Source: an uncultured delta proteobacterium
GTDB taxonomy: Bacteria > Desulfobacterota > Binatia > UBA9968
Reading direction: 5' to 3'
DNA: 64,000 nucleotides
Assembly: GCA_963745835.1 (NCBI GenBank)
Contig: CAVUZH010000015.1
Location: 192,001-256,000, forward strand
A program made the position numbers and the translations under genes. Positions within the stretch are counted from its first letter, which is position 1. Each line of letters starts with the position of its first letter. Shown one piece after another: positions 1-9,838 of this stretch. The notes beneath the pieces are model-generated. The model made no database searches and had not been told where the DNA came from. It saw nothing but the letters and a program-made list of their open reading frames with translations.

Positions 1-261
1 AAACGTGATTAGTTGGAAGCCAACCTCAGCGGCAGTCCGGTCCCGAAACGCTATCATCTCCCGAAACTTCCATCCGGTATCGATATGCATCAGCGGGAAT
101 GGAATTGGACCGGGGTAAAACGCTTTTCTTGCCAGATGCAGCATCACTGAGGAGTCTTTGCCAATCGAGTAAAGCATCACCGGGTTATGGGCAGTAGCCG
201 CCACCTCACGGATTATTTCGATCGACTCAGACTCGAGTTCTGACGAAATAGCCTCGCTCAT
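1..261 (-). CDS. cysD: Sulfate adenylyltransferase subunit 2 (5' part; runs off the window start)
   Basis: Not in the ORF track. Manual translation from ATG at 261 gives [74 protein letters not shown], with the CysD/NodP PP-loop LYSIGKDS and the HIDTGWKF motif. Alternative TTG start at 270 has GGAG upstream. Confidence 0.92.
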   Translation of the reverse strand, partial: MSEAISSELESESIEIIREVAATAHNPVMLYSIGKDSSVMLHLARKAFYPGPIPFPLMHIDTGWKFREMIAFRDRTAAEVGFQLITF

Positions 262-411
262 ATCATTCAACCCGTACTCCGATCTTAAGTTACTAGTCTG
301 ACCAAAGAGTTGCGCGGATAACCCGACTTAGTGAATCAACGATTTAGTTACTTCGGACCACCCCGCCTAATACCCTGAAGTTATTTTTGTAGCAACCGCT
401 TTAACTGACAT

Positions 412-1598
412 TCACCGCATTTCACGTTCAGCTTGGCTACCGTGACCGCACGTTTCGATTGGCAAGCCGACCAAGGAACGATAGAGGGTTTCTGTAGCGA
501 GGCTCATTTTCGCCACGGAGAACTTATCTTCAACCAAGCGTCTACCGGCTAAGCCCATGGCCCTGGCGAGCATAGGATTATTCAATAGGCGAAGAGTGCA
601 GTCAGCAAACTTTTCTGCGTCTCGACCGGCAACCAAGTAGCCGGTTTCACCATCGATGACTACTTCGCGACACGCGCCGACGTCCGTTGTGACTACGGGT
701 TTACCGCAAGCCATAGCCTCAAGTAGAACGTTTGGAAGTCCCTCCCATTCCGACGTGAGCCAGAAAACATCCGCGGATGCCAAGAGTTCGGGGATGTCAT
801 TGCGCTCTCCGAGGAAGGAGATTTTTCCATCCAAGCCGTTTTCCGACGCGCACCGTGCGAGAGCCGTGCGGCAAGGCCCGTCCCCAACAATAACAAAGCT
901 AACCTCCGCCGCTTGACGCTGAAGCAAAGCTGCCGCTTCCAAAAACAGGGGCAGATTGTTTTGGGAAACCAAACGACCGATCGTGATCACTGTGGGTTTC
1001 TTGTTTCCGGAGCTTTCAGGCGTCTTGAGCGCGCGGCAGCGGTCTCGAAGCGTGCCAAGTCAAGGCCGTTATAGATGACAACGCTTCTATCACGAGGCGC
1101 ATGATACTGCTTCACGACATAAGATCGTACCGTATCGCCATTACATGCGATAGCATCGCTCATGAGAAAGGCTACGCTATTTACCCAGCCGCGCAGAAAA
1201 CCAATCTCCTTGCAGTTGCGCGCCGAGCTTACTAGGCAGGGCACCCTGGCTAACACCCGGGCCGGCCATGCATAACCATTGGCAACAAAGAGAAACGAGT
1301 GAAGAATGTCAATGCGATCCTTGCGTAGAAGTAATGCGAGTTTAACAATCCTGCTCACGTCAAAATGACCTTGACGCTTGACTACACGGATGGTCGCCCC
1401 GAGTTCTCTGATCATGTCCGCATAGGGCACGTTCCTTTCGGAAAGGGAGTAAATGAGGCATTCGTAGCGATGGGGGTCAATTCGCCGCACGAGCTCGCAA
1501 ATCTGCCGTTGCGCCCCACCGTGACACAGATGACTAATGACGAATGCGGCCCGTATTCGTTCGCTCTTCCGAACGCTAGCCATTGATATCAGGCGCAC
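412..1598 (-). CDS. GT4 (GT-B) glycosyltransferase, split by an apparent frameshift near 990-1000
   Basis: ORF 987..1598 carries the N-terminal domain (GGAQRQ, IYNGLD). ORF 412..990 carries the C-terminal domain (IGRL, EGLPNVLLEAMACGKPVVTTDVG). Joined they form one typical GT4 protein. Confidence 0.85.
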
Positions 1599-1914
1599 AT
1601 CCTGCCTCTAGCACATAGAGTTCCATCGGCCGGTCGGAGCTAAGTAACTAAACAGACGAAGAAAAACATCTCACATAGACGATTCCAAACAGCAGTCGAT
1701 GTGCCGATCAGAATAGTCGCTGCAGGCTGATCAACAACGGCAGAAGCAACCCGACAGCACGTCGTCGCGACGTTCCTGGGTTGAGGAGTGGCGCGATGCA
1801 TGGGTTACGTTCGCCTACATAGGACTAAAATGGAGGGTATCCCTCCACTGGACGTCAGGGTTGAGGAACATTTGGCCACGTAGACGAACCCAGCGGTAAT
1901 GCAAGGACAAACTA

Positions 1915-2748
1915 GGGCTGAGAACGAAGGCGGGCATTGAGCTCACGGAACCCCGGAGAAACCCTGCTCGAGGCTGCGAACGATATTCTAGATCGATTCG
2001 AGACTTTACGGACCCGATTTCATCGAAACGTCGCAGTCCCCGAGCAGACTTTGAACGTAGGTGGAACCTACAACCCATCAGCCAAACATCTGCCATCCGC
2101 GATAGCAATTTTTAAGATGAAGTATCCTGACACTAAAATCACTTTTCTGACATGCCCTAAAGCGGAGATCGAAAAACTTTTGGAGGCTCGCAAAGTCGAC
2201 ATCGCAATCATCCAGACTCCTTTTAAGTCCGCGCATCTGGTCATGGAACCGTTTGCGGTAGACAGCCTTACTCTCTTCTCGCACCCACGCCATCCGCTGG
2301 CCAATAAGAAGAAACTCGATCTCTCGGATCTTAACCACAGTGCGGTAGTGATTAGGGCCGGCAAAGGAACAACCGAAAGGTTTGTAGAAAAGCTCAAAGC
2401 ACGAGGCATTATACTCAACGTAAGCTTACGTTGCGTCTCGCCCGAGGCGGTAAAGGCAGCGGTGCGCAGAGAAATGGGTATCGGGATCTTATTTCACAAT
2501 CTGGTCGAAGACGAACTCAAGAGAAAAGAGTTCAAAATCCTAAAGTTTAGAAGCGCGATTGCTCCGGTCGGTAACAGCTTCATCGTTTTCAAAAAAAGTC
2601 AGCGCTTTCATCTGCCGCGAGTGAGTTTCTTGAGATATTGCGGTCGCTGAAAGATCTACCAGCTGAGCCGCGAACATCACCTAAGCGAGCAAGCGGCGAC
2701 AGCGACCTGCGTCGTTCTCCCACCACCGGCCGGCAATTAGCTCAATAG
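1915..2748 (+). pseudogene. LysR-family regulator remnant (linker plus substrate-binding domain, no HTH seen)
   Basis: RTKAGIELTE.GETLL linker and a LysR substrate-binding domain (AVKAAVRREMGIGIL). Frameshifts near 1952 and 2603. In-frame TAA at 1897 upstream with no HTH-like sequence. Confidence 0.6.
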
Positions 2749-3066
2749 AGATCGGCGTTACTTCGCAATTATCAACGAATCCCGCAACTAAAAGCACAAT
2801 GCTGATGACCGCCGAGCGATAGATTTTCTTCTCCGCGCAAATGGCGCGATCTGGCTGTATACGAATAAGTGCTCTAACGCGATCGACCAGAGCTCTCTGC
2901 TCACACTAAATTGAAGCTTTCATGTTGTTGGCGCAGGTTTTAGCACGAGTACTAGTAGAGTAGGACCAGATTGACTTTGTCAGGAATAAGATAACCCAAC
3001 ACAGGCTCAGTTGTATTCAGCTCTAGCGCGGTATATCTTTTTCGGATTGTCGTTCTTTGCCAATCC

Positions 3067-3624
3067 ATGAAAAAACTTCTGAGCTTACTAGTCATCAGCG
3101 GCGCCGTTCTAGGCGCGCTGTTTTTTCTCACCAGTCTTCCCGGCAACGGCGTTGGCGGTTCGCCGGCTCCGACCGTCAATTTGCGACCCGCGAGCAGCGT
3201 TCAACAAGGGGTTGTCGTGTCCATCGAATACACCCTGACGGACGAGGCCGGGAAGGTGATCGAAAGCAATGTCGGCAAGGAGCCGTTGACCTATATTCAC
3301 GGCGCCGGGCAAATCGTTAGCGGGTTGGAAAAGGAACTCGCCGGCATGAAAGCCGGGGAGCGCAAGAAAATTCAAGTGAAACCTGAAGAAGGTTATGGTC
3401 TCCCCGATCCCAAGGCCGTGCAAGAAATTCTCAAAGACAAGATCCCTGCGGAAGCGCAGCAAGTCGGCGCCACCTTGATGACCAAAGCCGCGGATGGACG
3501 GGCCTTGCCGATGCGCATTCAGGAAATAAGGGAAAAGACCGTAGTTGTCGACTTCAATCACCCACTGGCCGGAAAAACTCTCAACTTCGACGTCAAAGTC
3601 ACCGATGTCAAAATGCCCCAATAG
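3067..3624 (+). CDS. FKBP-type peptidyl-prolyl isomerase (SlyD-like) with N-terminal signal/anchor
   Basis: SIEYTL, YIHGAGQIVSGLE, KPEEGYG and DFNHPLAGKTLNFDV motifs; basic-hydrophobic N-terminus. Confidence 0.9.
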   Translation: MKKLLSLLVISGAVLGALFFLTSLPGNGVGGSPAPTVNLRPASSVQQGVVVSIEYTLTDEAGKVIESNVGKEPLTYIHGAGQIVSGLEKELAGMKAGERKKIQVKPEEGYGLPDPKAVQEILKDKIPAEAQQVGATLMTKAADGRALPMRIQEIREKTVVVDFNHPLAGKTLNFDVKVTDVKMPQ

Positions 3625-3659
3625 GGGCTTGGGCATCCTCCACTTTGCCGCCATACCTG

Positions 3660-4926
3660 ATGCGCACAAGATTTTTTTACGGCTACGTCATTCTCGCCTT
3701 GTGTTTCATCAATATGGTGGTGATGCGCGGCGTCAACGGTTCGTTCGGCGTCTACTATATCTCCTTACTTGAAGAATTCGGCTGGTCGCATAGCGACGGC
3801 GCTAGTATCGCCTCGGTCAATTTCTTGGTGTATGCGCTGGCAGCGCCGCTGGTCGGATTGGCGTTTGATCGTTTTGGACCTCGCGTTCTGATGCCGCTCG
3901 GCGGCGCGCTCGTCGGCATCGGCCTTTTGCTCTCGAGCTTTGGCGCCACCTTATGGCACTTCTACTTCTCCTATGGCTTAATCGCCGCGCTCGGTCAGGG
4001 AGCGCTCGGCTTTGTCGGCCACAATGCATTGATCTCTTTTTGGTTTGTGCGCCGGCGCGCCACCGCCATCGGCATCGCCAGCATGGGCCAAGGCGTGGGC
4101 GCGCTCATCATGGTCCCGTTAACCCAGTTCTTGATTTCACGGATTGGCTGGCGCTCCACTTTCCTGGTCACGGCAAGCTTGATTTTGCTCGCGGTAATGC
4201 CTGCCCAACGCATTGCTACAAAGGCGAAGCCCGCAGGATATCGGCCAACTGCCCGACGGCGACACAGCCGCCCCCGTGGAAAGTCACGGCGCCCATGGCA
4301 AAGCTCGTCCCGGCGCGCGCGACTGGAGGTTACGTGAAGCCGCCGCTTCGTTTCCCTTCTGGTGCATCACGCTAGGACACCTGGCGCTGGGCACCGCGCT
4401 CTTCATGATCAATACTCACATCGTCGCACACTATGTCGTGGTCGGCTATGACAAGCTTATGGCAGCGTTCCTGGCCGGTCTGATCGGCTTTGTACGAATC
4501 GGCGGTACGGTTCTCTGGGGTTTGGTTTCCGACAAGCTGGGACGAGACCGGACGTACGGCATTGCCACCACGGTGGCGATTATCGGCGTCGCCGGTTTGA
4601 TTGCGATGCCGCTGGGCGCGCCGCTTTGGTATGCTTATCTCACTGCGGTTCTTTACAGCATAGGCCACAGCGCCGGCAATCCGACCTACGGCGCTGTGAT
4701 CGCCGACATTTTCTCCGGACACAAGGTAGGGCTGATCTTCGGCTTTTTGGAAATCAGCTTCGGTTTGGGCAGCGCCTTGGGCGCATGGATCGGCGGTTAC
4801 CTATTCGACGCAACCGGCTCGTATGCATGGCCTTTCTCCTTGTGCCTGATCTGTTTCGCAATATCCGGTCTGTCGATCCATTCGTGCATCAAGTGGCAAG
4901 GACGGCAGCTAAGCAGCCCAGGTTGA
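3660..4926 (+). CDS. MFS transporter (frameshift near 4205)
   Basis: ORFs 3645..4337 and 4213..4926 supply the two 6-TM halves, with motif A in each (GLAFDRFGPR; GLVSDKLGRD). ATG at 3660. Confidence 0.85.
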
Positions 4927-4990
4927 CGCTTTCTCGAGTGCGCTCAGACTTGGCGAACGGCTATTGCGCTTATTACGAAAGGATATCTCC

Positions 4991-5998
4991 ATGGCGATAA
5001 ATTTTTGCTTGCACGGTTCAGCGCGCACCATCAGGGAGGCGGTGACACGAGCAAAGAAAGCGGAAGATCTCGGCTTCGAGGCGATTTTCTTCGCCGACAG
5101 TCATATGAACAATGTCGATTGCTATCAGGTGATGGCGATGTGCGCCGTGGCAACGAAAAAAATCCGTCTAGGAACCGCGGTTACCAATATGGTCTATCGC
5201 GATCCGACTATAACCGCGAATAGTTTCGCAACCTTGAATGAGATCTCCGAAGGGCGCGCGATTATCGGCATGGGCACCGGCGATGGCCCCGTCTACAGCC
5301 TAGGCCGGACTGCCACCCGGCTCGTTGATTTTGAAAACGGGCTTCAAACCATGCGCGATTTGCTGCACGACCGCGGCATAGAAGTTCCCAGGACCCGCGA
5401 GCGCGCTTCGGTCGGTCGGGTCGCGCTGAAAGCCGGCAGGCGACCAGTGCCTATTTACATTTCTGCGGAGGGTCCGAAAACGCTCAGGGTGGCAGGCCGG
5501 GTTTGCGACGGAGTCATTCTTGGCACCGGCTTCGACGCGCAAGTACTCGACTGGGCGCAGGCACGGATTAGCGAAGGCGCCAAGGACGCCGGCCGAGCCC
5601 TACCCGAAATCGACATTATGCCGGCCGGAATGATCGTGGTTGACGACGACGGCAACCTGGCGCGCCAGCGGGTGCGCTCGCGCATGGCCAACCGAGCGCA
5701 CCACAATTTTCGTTTCACGATGGAGACCGTACCCGAAAACGAACGTGCCGGGGTGAAGAGATTCATGGCTGCATTTGATATCTCCAAACCCATCGAAGAG
5801 CGGGTGGATCCCGATTTAATCACCGACTATCTGCTTCAACGTTTCACTATCGCCGGCACCCCTGAAGAGTGCGTCGGGCGCATCAAGTCACTGGAAGCGG
5901 CAGGAACCAAACGATTGCTGCTGACACCGCCCAATGCCATTTACGATCAGGTCATGCAAGCATGGGGCGATCGGGTGATTCCGCGCTGCGTTACTTAA
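4991..5998 (+). CDS. LLM-class flavin-dependent oxidoreductase
   Basis: GFEAIFFADSH, TKKIRLGTAVTN and SEGRAIIGMGTG motifs. AAGGA RBS before ATG 4991. Confidence 0.88.
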   Translation: MAINFCLHGSARTIREAVTRAKKAEDLGFEAIFFADSHMNNVDCYQVMAMCAVATKKIRLGTAVTNMVYRDPTITANSFATLNEISEGRAIIGMGTGDGPVYSLGRTATRLVDFENGLQTMRDLLHDRGIEVPRTRERASVGRVALKAGRRPVPIYISAEGPKTLRVAGRVCDGVILGTGFDAQVLDWAQARISEGAKDAGRALPEIDIMPAGMIVVDDDGNLARQRVRSRMANRAHHNFRFTMETVPENERAGVKRFMAAFDISKPIEERVDPDLITDYLLQRFTIAGTPEECVGRIKSLEAAGTKRLLLTPPNAIYDQVMQAWGDRVIPRCVT

Positions 5999-6215
5999 GT
6001 GCCCGTTCTGATGCACCGCATGAGCTCGGTCGACGAGTTTCAAACGGGTGGCTTTTTCGATCACATAGCACTTACCTGGCGCACGGCGAACAGGAGTGGA
6101 TCGTTCATTTGACGGATCACGGACCAGAAAACGCCGATTTGTTGAGTTCCGCAGTTCCAATGTATACCCTGACCTGGGCTGCTCGATCGCAGTCGTTCAA
6201 TCAAAAGGAGTATTC

Positions 6216-6812
6216 ATGCGCATGAAATTAGTGGCGCTGGCCGCGGCGCTGGCCATTTTCGGCGTTGCTACGCCGGCAATTCTTCGATCCGCAGAAAAAT
6301 CCAAACAGGAGCAAATAGTGAAGGATGGCTCGGTCGTCAGCCTTCAATATTCGCTATCGGAGGAAGACGGCAAGCCGATTGAATCGAACAAAGGAAAAGA
6401 TCCGCTCAAATATACCCATGGCAGTAAACAAATTGTTCCCGGTCTTGAGAAAGAATTAACCGGCATGAAGGTTGGCGGCGAAAAACGGGTCAAAGTTAAA
6501 CCTGAAGATGCCTATGGCCTCATCGACTCGAAAGCTTTTCAAGAGGTGCCCAAGGAACAGATTCCGGCTAATGGTTTGAAAGTAGGCGCAACCCTGGCCG
6601 CCAAAGGGCCGCATGGGCAAGAGATCCCCGTGCGCGTTCACGAGATTAAAGAAAAAACCGTTGTGCTGGATCTAAACCATCCGATGGCCGGCAAGACGCT
6701 TCTCTTTGATATCAAGATACTCGATATCCAACCGTCAGCGACATCCAGCTCGCCGCAGCCAGCCAAACCGGCGGCACCGGCGAAACCCGCACAAACACCG
6801 CAGCCCAAATAA
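6216..6812 (+). CDS. Second SlyD-like FKBP PPIase with signal peptide and Pro/Ala-rich tail
   Basis: SLQYSL, HGSKQIVPGLE, KPEDAYG and DLNHPMAGKTLLFDI motifs. AAGGAG RBS before ATG 6216. Confidence 0.9.
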   Translation: MRMKLVALAAALAIFGVATPAILRSAEKSKQEQIVKDGSVVSLQYSLSEEDGKPIESNKGKDPLKYTHGSKQIVPGLEKELTGMKVGGEKRVKVKPEDAYGLIDSKAFQEVPKEQIPANGLKVGATLAAKGPHGQEIPVRVHEIKEKTVVLDLNHPMAGKTLLFDIKILDIQPSATSSSPQPAKPAAPAKPAQTPQPK

Positions 6813-7033
6813 CTTGTTGCGCACCGAGTGTAGGTAATGAAGATTTGCCGACCGGCTTGGTGATCGCTTCGCTGAAACGAATCCCACTATCTACGAGCGT
6901 GTGTCGGGAGTTTGCTCTTCAGCTTACGGCTGTAAGTTCCTGCGGCCGATCAGTGGGACTTTTAGGTCGAGAGTTTAAACGCGATCTTGACGGGAACCCG
7001 CTTATCCATCAGCTGCATATTGGTTGTCCTTTT

Positions 7034-7333
7034 TTACGCGGCATCGACAGATTGCTGCGAGTAGTTTTCCGCCCGTAATTGATCCAAACCATGGCGCAGA
7101 TTCTCCAAGTGACTCTCGGTGGATCCGCGCAATTCCATGACAGCGTCGAGAATTTTGCTCAGGTTCTTCTCGTTTGCTTCCTCGCGCACTCGTGCCAATT
7201 CGAGCTCTTTCTCTAATGTGGCAATCCGATTATTCATGGTTTCGAAGCGCTCACGGCAGATAAGGTACAATGACACGATTGCCAGCGCTGTGCCTAAAGT
7301 GAAAAGTGTCGCCCATAGAGTCCATTCCGCCAT
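7034..7333 (-). CDS. Small membrane-anchored coiled-coil hypothetical protein
   Basis: MAEWTLWATLFTLGTALAIVSLYLI TM helix followed by a heptad-rich segment. GAAGG upstream; directly downstream of ilvD. Confidence 0.6.
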   Translation of the reverse strand: MAEWTLWATLFTLGTALAIVSLYLICRERFETMNNRIATLEKELELARVREEANEKNLSKILDAVMELRGSTESHLENLRHGLDQLRAENYSQQSVDAA

Positions 7334-7361
7334 AATACCTTCTTCCCGTCGCCTGCTCTTT

Positions 7362-9035
7362 TTAGAGCGTAACAGCTCCTTGGGACGCGGAGGAAACGAG
7401 CTTGGCGTATTTTGCCATAACGCCACTAGTGTATCGCGGCGCCGGCGGCTTCCATTGCCGTAAACGCGCGTTCATTTCTTCCTCTGAAATGTGCACATCG
7501 AGACGCCGCGCCGCGATGTCGAAAACAATCGTGTCGCCGTCGCGTAGCGCGGCAATCGGACCACCCTGGGCAGCTTCGGGAGCAACGTGCCCGGCCATCA
7601 GCCCATGAGTAGCCCCGGAGAAACGGCCATCGGTGAGGAGGGCTACCGTATCGCCCAATCCGGCGCCGACCAGCGCTGCTGTGACGCCGAGCATCTCGCG
7701 CATTCCAGGACCGCCCTTGGGCCCTTCGTAGCGAATAACAATCACATCCTCCGCTTTGATCTGTCCCTTTTGCACTGCAGCAAAAGCATCCTCCTCGCGA
7801 TCGAACACGCGAGCCGGGCCTTTATGAATCAGTCTCTCATGGCCGGCGACTTTCACGACGCAACCTTCGGGGGCTAAATTACCCTTCAAAATAACCAATC
7901 CGCCAGTGGGCTTGAGCGGATTAACCATCGGTCGCACAACTTCTTGTCCGAAAGACTCTTTGACTTCTTGCGCGGCCTCTTTGATGGTTTTACCGGTGAC
8001 TGTGAGTGTGTCCCCGTGGATCAGCCCCGCTTCCATCAGCCGTTTCGCAACCAGCTGGATGCCGCCTGCTTTGTACAGATCGTTGGCGACGAAACGGCCA
8101 CCTGGTTTGAGATCGGCAATCAGCGGCGTGCGCGCACTGATATGGTCGAAATCGTCGATGTTCAGTTCAATACCGGCTTCGCGTGCAATCGCCAGGAGGT
8201 GCAACACCGCATTGGTCGAGCCGCCGGTGGCGGCAACCGAGGCGATCGCATTCTCAATCGATTTGCGGGTGAGAATCTGCGACGGCCGCAGGTCGCGCCG
8301 CAAAAGCTCGACCACCAGCTTACCGGCATTGAATGCCGCTTCATCCTTCTCAGCGGCGATGGCTGGAATGCCGTTGCTGCCCATCGGCGAAATCCCGAGA
8401 AACTCCATCACGGTCGACATGGTGTTGGCGGTAAACTGGCCGCCACACGCTCCTGCGCCGGGACAAGCAGCGTTCTCGACCGATTTGAATTGCTCTTCTT
8501 TGATGCGGCCGCTGCTGTACGCGCCCACTGCCTCGAAGACATCTTGAATCGTCAAATCACGGTCGCCGAAATGGCCCGGCGCAATCGAGCCGCCGTAGAG
8601 AGCCAGGCCGGGAATATTGAGACGAGCCAGCGCCATGACCACGCCGGGATTGGTTTTGTCGCAGCCCGATAGACATACCAGTGCATCGAAATGGTTACCC
8701 CGGGCGACCAGCTCTATCGAATCGGCGATCACTTCCCGGCTGATCAACGAGCATTTCATGCCTTCCGCACCCATGCTGATGCCATCGGAGATGGAGACGG
8801 TGTTGAACTCCATCGGCGTGGCGCCCGCGGCGCGAATCCCTTCCTTCACTTTGGCGGCCAGTCGGCGCAAGTGGAAATTGCACGGGCCGATCTCAATCCA
8901 GGTGTTGGCGACACCGACAATCGGTCGCGCCAGGTCATCATCCGTAAAGCCGACCGCTTTGAGCATAGCGCGCGTCGGCGCCCGGTCCGGTCCATCGGTG
9001 ATAACATAACTACGAGGCTTTAAATTCTCTGCCAT
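7362..9035 (-). CDS. ilvD: Dihydroxy-acid dehydratase
   Basis: [45 protein letters not shown] and TDGRFSGAT motifs; 557 aa. Confidence 0.97.
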   Translation of the reverse strand: MAENLKPRSYVITDGPDRAPTRAMLKAVGFTDDDLARPIVGVANTWIEIGPCNFHLRRLAAKVKEGIRAAGATPMEFNTVSISDGISMGAEGMKCSLISREVIADSIELVARGNHFDALVCLSGCDKTNPGVVMALARLNIPGLALYGGSIAPGHFGDRDLTIQDVFEAVGAYSSGRIKEEQFKSVENAACPGAGACGGQFTANTMSTVMEFLGISPMGSNGIPAIAAEKDEAAFNAGKLVVELLRRDLRPSQILTRKSIENAIASVAATGGSTNAVLHLLAIAREAGIELNIDDFDHISARTPLIADLKPGGRFVANDLYKAGGIQLVAKRLMEAGLIHGDTLTVTGKTIKEAAQEVKESFGQEVVRPMVNPLKPTGGLVILKGNLAPEGCVVKVAGHERLIHKGPARVFDREEDAFAAVQKGQIKAEDVIVIRYEGPKGGPGMREMLGVTAALVGAGLGDTVALLTDGRFSGATHGLMAGHVAPEAAQGGPIAALRDGDTIVFDIAARRLDVHISEEEMNARLRQWKPPAPRYTSGVMAKYAKLVSSASQGAVTL

Positions 9036-9184
9036 CGATCTCTCCTACTGTGGTGAGTGTTCAAATTAACTATGGCCCGGTCTAATTTGCAAGGCTCGCC
9101 TTGATCGGCCAATGTCTGGCGAAATCGCATCCGCGTCTAACGGGCTCTCTTGTGCGGCTTACCATCAAATCGTAACCTGCTACG

Positions 9185-9796
9185 ATGTTGGTGATGAAAA
9201 AAATCTGGAGCAGCAACTTACGGGCTATCTTTCTCTTGACCGTATGCGCTTCGACCAGCTTGGCCGTGGCGCTGTCGCAAGAGGACGGCAACCGCCTGCA
9301 GACCAAAATCGATGCGATTGTGAAAAATGCCGCCGCCAATCCGCCGAAATCTAGGGAATTTTCGATCGCCGAACAGGAGGCTAACTCGTACCTGGTTTTC
9401 AATCTGAAGGAAAAAATCCCCAAAGGTTTGGCCGAGCCAGAGATCACAATGATTGGCGATGGCGCGCTTGCTGCCCGGGTGCTGGTCGACATGGATGAAG
9501 TCAAGCAGCGCCGCCAGTCGCGCAGCGTGATTGATCCGCTTAACTACTTATCAGGCCAAGTCCCTTTAAATGCCCGGGGTCTCTTGCGGACCCGCGAAGG
9601 GAGAGGGCAATTGTATTTGCGCTCGGCTGACATCGGTGGAGTGCCCTTGCCTAAGCCGCTGTTACAGGAGCTTATCGGTTTTTTCTCGCGTACGCCGCAA
9701 AACCCCAAGGGCTTCGACATCGATGCGCCATTCGATCTTCCGTCAAAGATCCGGGAGATTTCTGTGCGTCCTGGGGAGAGTGTCGTAATTCAGTAG
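9185..9796 (+). CDS. Secreted hypothetical protein
   Basis: Signal-peptide-like N-terminus, 203 aa, divergent from ilvD. No family recognised. Confidence 0.6.
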   Translation: MLVMKKIWSSNLRAIFLLTVCASTSLAVALSQEDGNRLQTKIDAIVKNAAANPPKSREFSIAEQEANSYLVFNLKEKIPKGLAEPEITMIGDGALAARVLVDMDEVKQRRQSRSVIDPLNYLSGQVPLNARGLLRTREGRGQLYLRSADIGGVPLPKPLLQELIGFFSRTPQNPKGFDIDAPFDLPSKIREISVRPGESVVIQ

Positions 9797-9838
9797 CGGT
9801 CTAAAAAGTAGAAGTCAGTAATACCGTCTTCAGACGCA

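Noticed and set aside
412-1598. Two separate translationally coupled glycosyltransferase genes (GTGA overlap)
   Set aside because: The two ORFs are the N- and C-terminal halves of one GT-B fold, so a single indel explains them better.
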